From Fibrobacteria bacterium (GTDB lineage: Bacteria; Fibrobacterota; Fibrobacteria; UBA11236), in NCBI GenBank assembly GCA_043745805.1, contig JAYTSD010000026.1:1-18214 (forward strand): 18,214 nt of DNA, in the 5' to 3' direction. Within the stretch, counting starts at the first letter, position 1, and each line of letters opens with the position of its first letter. Below the pieces are notes generated by a model. The model made no database searches, was not told where the DNA came from, and worked only from the letters and a program-made list of their open reading frames with translations. Below, in pieces: positions 15,501 through 18,214 of this stretch. The translations under genes and the position numbers were made by a program.

Positions 15501-18214
15501 ATAGACGTTCTCTACCTCTTTTCTTTTATTAAGCTTTAAAAGAACATCCACTAAACGCGTTGTATCTTGACCTTGTTCCGCAAGTTTATGCAAAGCTTTC
15601 ATGGCTACTACATCGTCACTATGACGATCCACCCATTGATCATATTGCTCTATCGCACCTTTAAAATCTTTTGCCTTTTCTTTTTCTTGTGCCAAGAGCA
15701 ATTGGTAATTTTTGTATTTAGGATCAACCTGCACAATTTGGGAAATAGTACTGACATAACCTTGCGCATTGTTTTCTTGCTTATATAAATTCGCCACGGA
15801 TTCTAACAAAACTAAATTAGTAGGTTCATTTTTCAAACGACCTTCCAACAATACGCGCGCTTTGGCATTTTGACCTGTTTTTAAATAGGCCTCGGCTAAA
15901 CTTGATCCAAGCTCTGGATCTTCATTGCTTTGCAAATACTTTTCAGCCATCGGAACGGCTAAGGCATAATTTTTTGCAATTAGTAATTCAGCAATAGGTT
16001 CGCGCTTGCCTTCTAATAATTTGGGATTGCGAGCTTGCACATCCGCGTAACTTTTTGCAGCCATAAGATTGTTTTTTTGTAAAGCATATCCATGTGCTAC
16101 CATAAATAACAATTCTGGTTTTGCTTCGGGCTTTAAAGCCAATCCTTGTAAGGCGGCAAAATGATGTTGAATCTGTTCATTGCTCACAATCACTTGTGGC
16201 AAAAGGGCTAAATACTCGAGATTAGTTGGCTGAGTCCTTAAAGCTTTTTCCAAAAACACATAAGCTTTGTCTTTGTCATTTTCTGCTAAGGCCATTTTCG
16301 CTAATTGAAATTGCGCCGCATGGGCCGCAGGATCTTTACTGTCCAACTTCAACAAAAACTCCCGTAAAGGAGCCTTATCAGGAGCGGCAGTATACAGTTG
16401 TAAAAGTTTAGCTTGGACTAGCTTATCATTAGGTTGCATATCAAAAGTTAAGTTATATGCTTCCATCGCTTTATCATTTTTTTTACTCTCTTCATAAAGG
16501 GCGGCTAATTTCAAAATAAGTTTGCGATCTTGCGCATCCAAATTCCTAGCATTTTCGTATGCTTTAATCGCTTCGTCTTTTTGATTGTTTTGTAAATACA
16601 AATCGCCTAAATGCAATTGATACGCTTTTTCGGAAGCATGATCAACGGCTGCCTTTTGATAATAAATTAAGGCGGATTTAGTATTTCCTTTGGCTTCATA
16701 TTGCTGAGCCAATTCTAACTGTATTTTAGTATCGTCGGGATTAATTTCTAAATATTTTTCGCGATAGGTTTGTGCTTTTGGATTGGTTTTATCTACTAAG
16801 CCAATTAATTCATTTAATAATACAGCATCTTTAGGTGTTTTTGCCAACAATAACTCGAGCTTAGGAATAAGCTTTTCTTTTTGTAAAGGCTGACGATAAT
16901 AATCAACTAAGAACATTAAAGTTGCTTCATTTTCTGGGTAACGCGCAAGATACATCTCGGATTCCAAAGCCGCCTTTGCAGACTGCTTATTTTCTATAAG
17001 CGTTTTAATATATTTGCCCCAATCCGATTTGTCGGCAGAGACATTGGGAATTTTTTGAAAAACTTTTAATGCCAGAGCAAATTGTTTTAACTCATAATGA
17101 CTCAAAGCTATTTTGCGAGTAATGCTAGGATTTTGCAATTTTAATTTGTTGAATGCAGACAAGGCTTCAGTAAAATTAAATTGTTGAAAATAAAGAATAC
17201 CTTGGGCTTCAATTAAACGGGTATCTGGAATTTTTGCAGTGGCCACGCGTCCCTCTAGTTTTTGTAGAAATGCGGCCGTATCTAATTGCGCCGTTTGACC
17301 CATAACCACTGTGGTCACTTGTTGTTGAAAAAGTGCCTCGGCTTCCAATTTGACTTTTCGATCCGCTTCCACTTGGGCCAAACTGTCGGCCCGCAATTTT
17401 GCTTTACGATCAGCTTCTTCCCTCGCTAAGCGTGCCGCTTCTTCTTTAGCCTTGCGTTCGGCTTCCATGCGAATTTTATTTGCTTCTGCCACTTGCGCTA
17501 AACTATCCGCTTTTACTTTTGCCACTCTTTGTGCTTCTACGCGTGCTAAACTGTCCGCCAAAATTTTCGCTTGGCGTGCTTCCTCGGCTTTGATGCGTTT
17601 CGCTTCCAAGGCGGTGGCAATACTATCTGACTTTGCTTTTGCTTTACGATCCGCCTCTTCACGAGCTAAACGTGCGGCTTCCGCTTTTGCCTTTGCTTCT
17701 GTTTCTGCTTTTAAACGTCTCTCTTCTTGCACATGAGCTGTGCTATCTGCTTTAAAATTTGCCACTCGTTGTGCTTCTACACGGGCTAAGCTGTCCGCTA
17801 AAATTTTTGCTTGGCGCGCTTCCTCAGCCTTGATACGCTTTGCTTCCATCGCGGTCGCAATACTATCCGCTTTTACTTTCGCTTTACGATCCGATTCCTC
17901 TTTCGCTAATTTTGCCGCTTCTGCTTTCGCTTTCGCATCCGCTTCTAATTTCAAACGCTTCTCTTCTTGCGCGTGCGCTAAGGCATCCAATTTTTCCTTA
18001 GCCACTCTTTGCGCTTCTATGCGCGCTAAACTATCGGCCATGATTTTCGCTTGACGTGCTTCCTCTGCCTTGATACGCTTTGCTTCCATTGCGGTCGCAA
18101 TACTATCTGCTTTTACTTTCGCTTTGCGATCCGATTCCTCTTTCGCTAATTTTATCGCTTCGGCCTTCGCTTTCGCGTCCGCCTCCAATTTCAAACGTTT
18201 CTCTTCTTGGGCTC
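9528..18214 (-). CDS. Giant tetratricopeptide-repeat protein with an N-proximal Ala/Lys/Glu-rich repeat stalk; 5'-truncated (at least 2894 aa)
   Basis: One uninterrupted frame that stays open past the track's TTG to the window edge (...AQEEKRLKLE...). Many TPR-like units, e.g. AYYNYLGLSYFEEQNYEKAKKQFDNALKYNPD and AWRYLGEGYRNLKRSKSALDAYKKAFKLD. Confidence 0.92.
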   Translation of the reverse strand, partial: AQEEKRLKLEADAKAKAEAIKLAKEESDRKAKVKADSIATAMEAKRIKAEEARQAKIMADSLARIEAQRVAKEKLDALAHAQEEKRLKLEADAKAKAEAAKLAKEESDRKAKVKADSIATAMEAKRIKAEEARQAKILADSLARVEAQRVANFKADSTAHVQEERRLKAETEAKAKAEAARLAREEADRKAKAKSDSIATALEAKRIKAEEARQAKILADSLARVEAQRVAKVKADSLAQVAEANKIRMEAERKAKEEAARLAREEADRKAKLRADSLAQVEADRKVKLEAEALFQQQVTTVVMGQTAQLDTAAFLQKLEGRVATAKIPDTRLIEAQGILYFQQFNFTEALSAFNKLKLQNPSITRKIALSHYELKQFALALKVFQKIPNVSADKSDWGKYIKTLIENKQSAKAALESEMYLARYPENEATLMFLVDYYRQPLQKEKLIPKLELLLAKTPKDAVLLNELIGLVDKTNPKAQTYREKYLEINPDDTKIQLELAQQYEAKGNTKSALIYYQKAAVDHASEKAYQLHLGDLYLQNNQKDEAIKAYENARNLDAQDRKLILKLAALYEESKKNDKAMEAYNLTFDMQPNDKLVQAKLLQLYTAAPDKAPLREFLLKLDSKDPAAHAAQFQLAKMALAENDKDKAYVFLEKALRTQPTNLEYLALLPQVIVSNEQIQHHFAALQGLALKPEAKPELLFMVAHGYALQKNNLMAAKSYADVQARNPKLLEGKREPIAELLIAKNYALAVPMAEKYLQSNEDPELGSSLAEAYLKTGQNAKARVLLEGRLKNEPTNLVLLESVANLYKQENNAQGYVSTISQIVQVDPKYKNYQLLLAQEKEKAKDFKGAIEQYDQWVDRHSDDVVAMKALHKLAEQGQDTTRLVDVLLKLNKRKEVENVYKFQLAELDFKRSGSPAEIEKLVKLHPEYIQGKKILAREYIRQNAWTKLAPLESFLMLESKTDKELIEPLADLQAFHKKPLFANASYYEAVKAKPKQRGLFDKAYKYSKANHSPYLAEMLAIGSKNYSDDYGLKTDYANSLGKTAQALDIYQDILAHQTDMVVLKNAVEIALSLQKLDVAATLLQKWVELEPKNAQVLERLLDVYTRTNNKPKILETTEKIVALNPDKKEGVLRLAKLYEEQKILDKAINAYNHAFDLDPKDKAIQTKLIAIQNAGNNKEGMRALLLRIDQNDPTAYEAQFALAKMYASEGDKDKGYVYLSKALKSQPANAEYVSLLPQVIISDEQVARHFTALQSLAQKPDAKPELVLFVARGYSAQKNSLLAAKFYADVFAKSPGLLKGQRSAVVDVFAAKNYDLAGNLAERFLATEERDKAIREIQVQSYLQTHANDSKLRAAINSLLILDPDSPYGGMRLAELDLKATDTTATINHAQEYVTKNPKAGREAYAFLLPLVSKRSGMEENQAKVLEKLVQLDAVNKAKYELDLGMLRYKMGQWNEARNSLLRAAVSYPTNALIWYRLGDTEAKLKMEGEGSDKFRKAYQLEPKNLSYARAYAVSINSKEAIKANLELYKTLNLNSPSIEERKKLAQSLFLNNDFAGASREFEFFVKADINFANTEPMVADAYMKSGQTAKARGIYENRLKAEPQNIKLLENIAVIYKQEGNNSGYVSTLGRIVAIDAKYESYQLLLAQEKEKAKDNRGALEQYDQWVSRNGSDMAALKSMQHLADLEKDTTRLVRALSGLTAVKNPDLAYEFQLAELDYIRSGDITGVEKLVRLHPDYLKGKVILVKQYFKLGDLVKLAGFEKFLASESKINKQLLEPAADVYAFTKKPAFANEAYYSALLVRKQDRPFYDKVVKYSSEHASPYNENIIKIGYESFPKDLDIKFAYAQTLGKTSKALELFQEILNSDRNHLAALKNGGEIAFLLKRFDVAAGLLQRWADLETSNSKPLMILIDCYGELHNDAKLAEVYEKASELNPKNSDLAFKAAMANKKIGKKDIALNLFTRAVTLNPANNIYQKECGLLLFSMAQNDKAKPALLLADKTIKSDEYIAYALYSIYQAEGNKALARERLRTLVQLKPANRAFIFALAKLESEAKQPAEVTRLLERPGIQDSLNAEMSFILLDAFLKQSQKEKASLLGQNLLRKFPEESKQSLALAILFYETNNRKKAKEILEAFNRRSATEESYTYLGRIYFDEKNWTGAIENFEHGEMNKPEILKLLSKALVENKQYARAIQTYETYYSKSKDNSILVDLYGLYKKDNNGEGVMSSLERLISSEPQNVEYKIELAEFYRGKGDVKKAETLYNAILLKLPNQPAVNMNLGLILAQRKEYLRAVKMLEIGVNKYADSAIAWRYLGEGYRNLKRSKSALDAYKKAFKLDNRNLQVAIIEMELAKEIHDNNEMNLAYADVIRLDSNNVEAGGPLAATYFADKKYREAAALFRRLSENDANDKDVWTNYGFCLIELKKTSEAKKALQRALDLGEKSPKLMTSLARIYKEEGDLEQAESLLNQLVQKDPRNHLAYFWLGQFATERNQNGVAEDYFKKALQAAPGNADYSEALARLYFGKEDYAQASRLLEPINSQLSANGKLMYGDCLMGAGKNDQALTVFNAAYQKEPSALVLAKLTELQVNKGNPKEAARVIEASEYKSNENVQFTLAKARLALHEAGKARDILEKLVKINNKNPAYYNYLGLSYFEEQNYEKAKKQFDNALKYNPDQMDAVYHLGLCLLKSGDSKGAQQFFKELSQHANPSWQAKGFLGIALAFEVEKKLEAVDNFAQKSITAEPNAEAMALLSRNSLRMKKLGDADSWAKKALQLDPEEPNTISSATSVLLAQNKKAEASQLVKKALAESPNSCPLLVSSAKVNYLMGNYESSRRNSNYAISICPDEPFPYYYIAMVADKKYNKKEAKEFFKTFKKHGGDEDLIPAEYK
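12380..16520 (-). repeat. Diverged ~570-aa internal tandem duplication in the TPR protein; copy 2 carries ~242 extra aa
   Basis: LAALYEE/LAKLYEE are offset by 1707 nt (16491 vs 14784). YQLLLAQEKEKAKD occurs in both copies, offset 2433 nt, with an identical 23-mer at 15673 and 13240. Boundaries are approximate. Confidence 0.9.
17341..18214 (-). repeat. Intragenic tandem repeat with a 240-nt (80-aa) period: at least 3 full copies plus partial copies
   Basis: Equivalent positions at 17461, 17701, 17941 and 18181 (e.g. gcttctaatttcaaacgcttctcttcttg vs gcctccaatttcaaacgtttctcttcttg), with a half-unit at 17341-17460. Many differences between copies are synonymous. Confidence 0.93.

Noticed and set aside
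13468-18054. Plus-strand ORFs inside the giant TPR gene, including 17350-17736 and 17740-18054
   Set aside because: Antisense mirrors of A/K/E/R codon bias and of the tandem repeat.
18192-18194. TTG at 18194 as the true start of the giant protein
   Set aside because: It is an internal Leu of the repeat (AQEEKR-L-KLE), and the frame stays open to the window edge.
17341-18214. CRISPR array or non-coding repeat interpretation of the 240-nt repeats
   Set aside because: There are no unique spacers, and the repeats are in frame with largely synonymous divergence, so they are protein-coding.

Overview
AT-rich bacterial chromosomal window with no mobile element or CRISPR. The lineage is uncertain; an FCB-group organism such as Fibrobacterota is only a guess. 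Left to right: 5' end of an unknown gene (-), tRNA-Pro(UGG) (-), a small lipoprotein (+), a cimA-hisD operon (-), a SAM-methyltransferase/GT2 glycosyltransferase fusion (+), ilvE (-), a YdjC/ChbG deacetylase plus methyltransferase pair (-), a pirin (+), and the 3' ~8.7 kb of a giant (>2890 aa) TPR protein (-) that runs off the right edge. The best finding is not in the ORF track: upstream of cimA lies a complete ribosome-mediated attenuator. It comprises an apparently leaderless 36-codon peptide with an Ile cluster (IIPSIAIII) and a His-His pair, a 1:2 hairpin, a 14/16-bp antiterminator and a U9 terminator. The giant protein has a Pro/Gly-free 80-aa-repeat helical stalk with periodic D-S-[I/L/T] motifs and a ~570-aa internal duplication.
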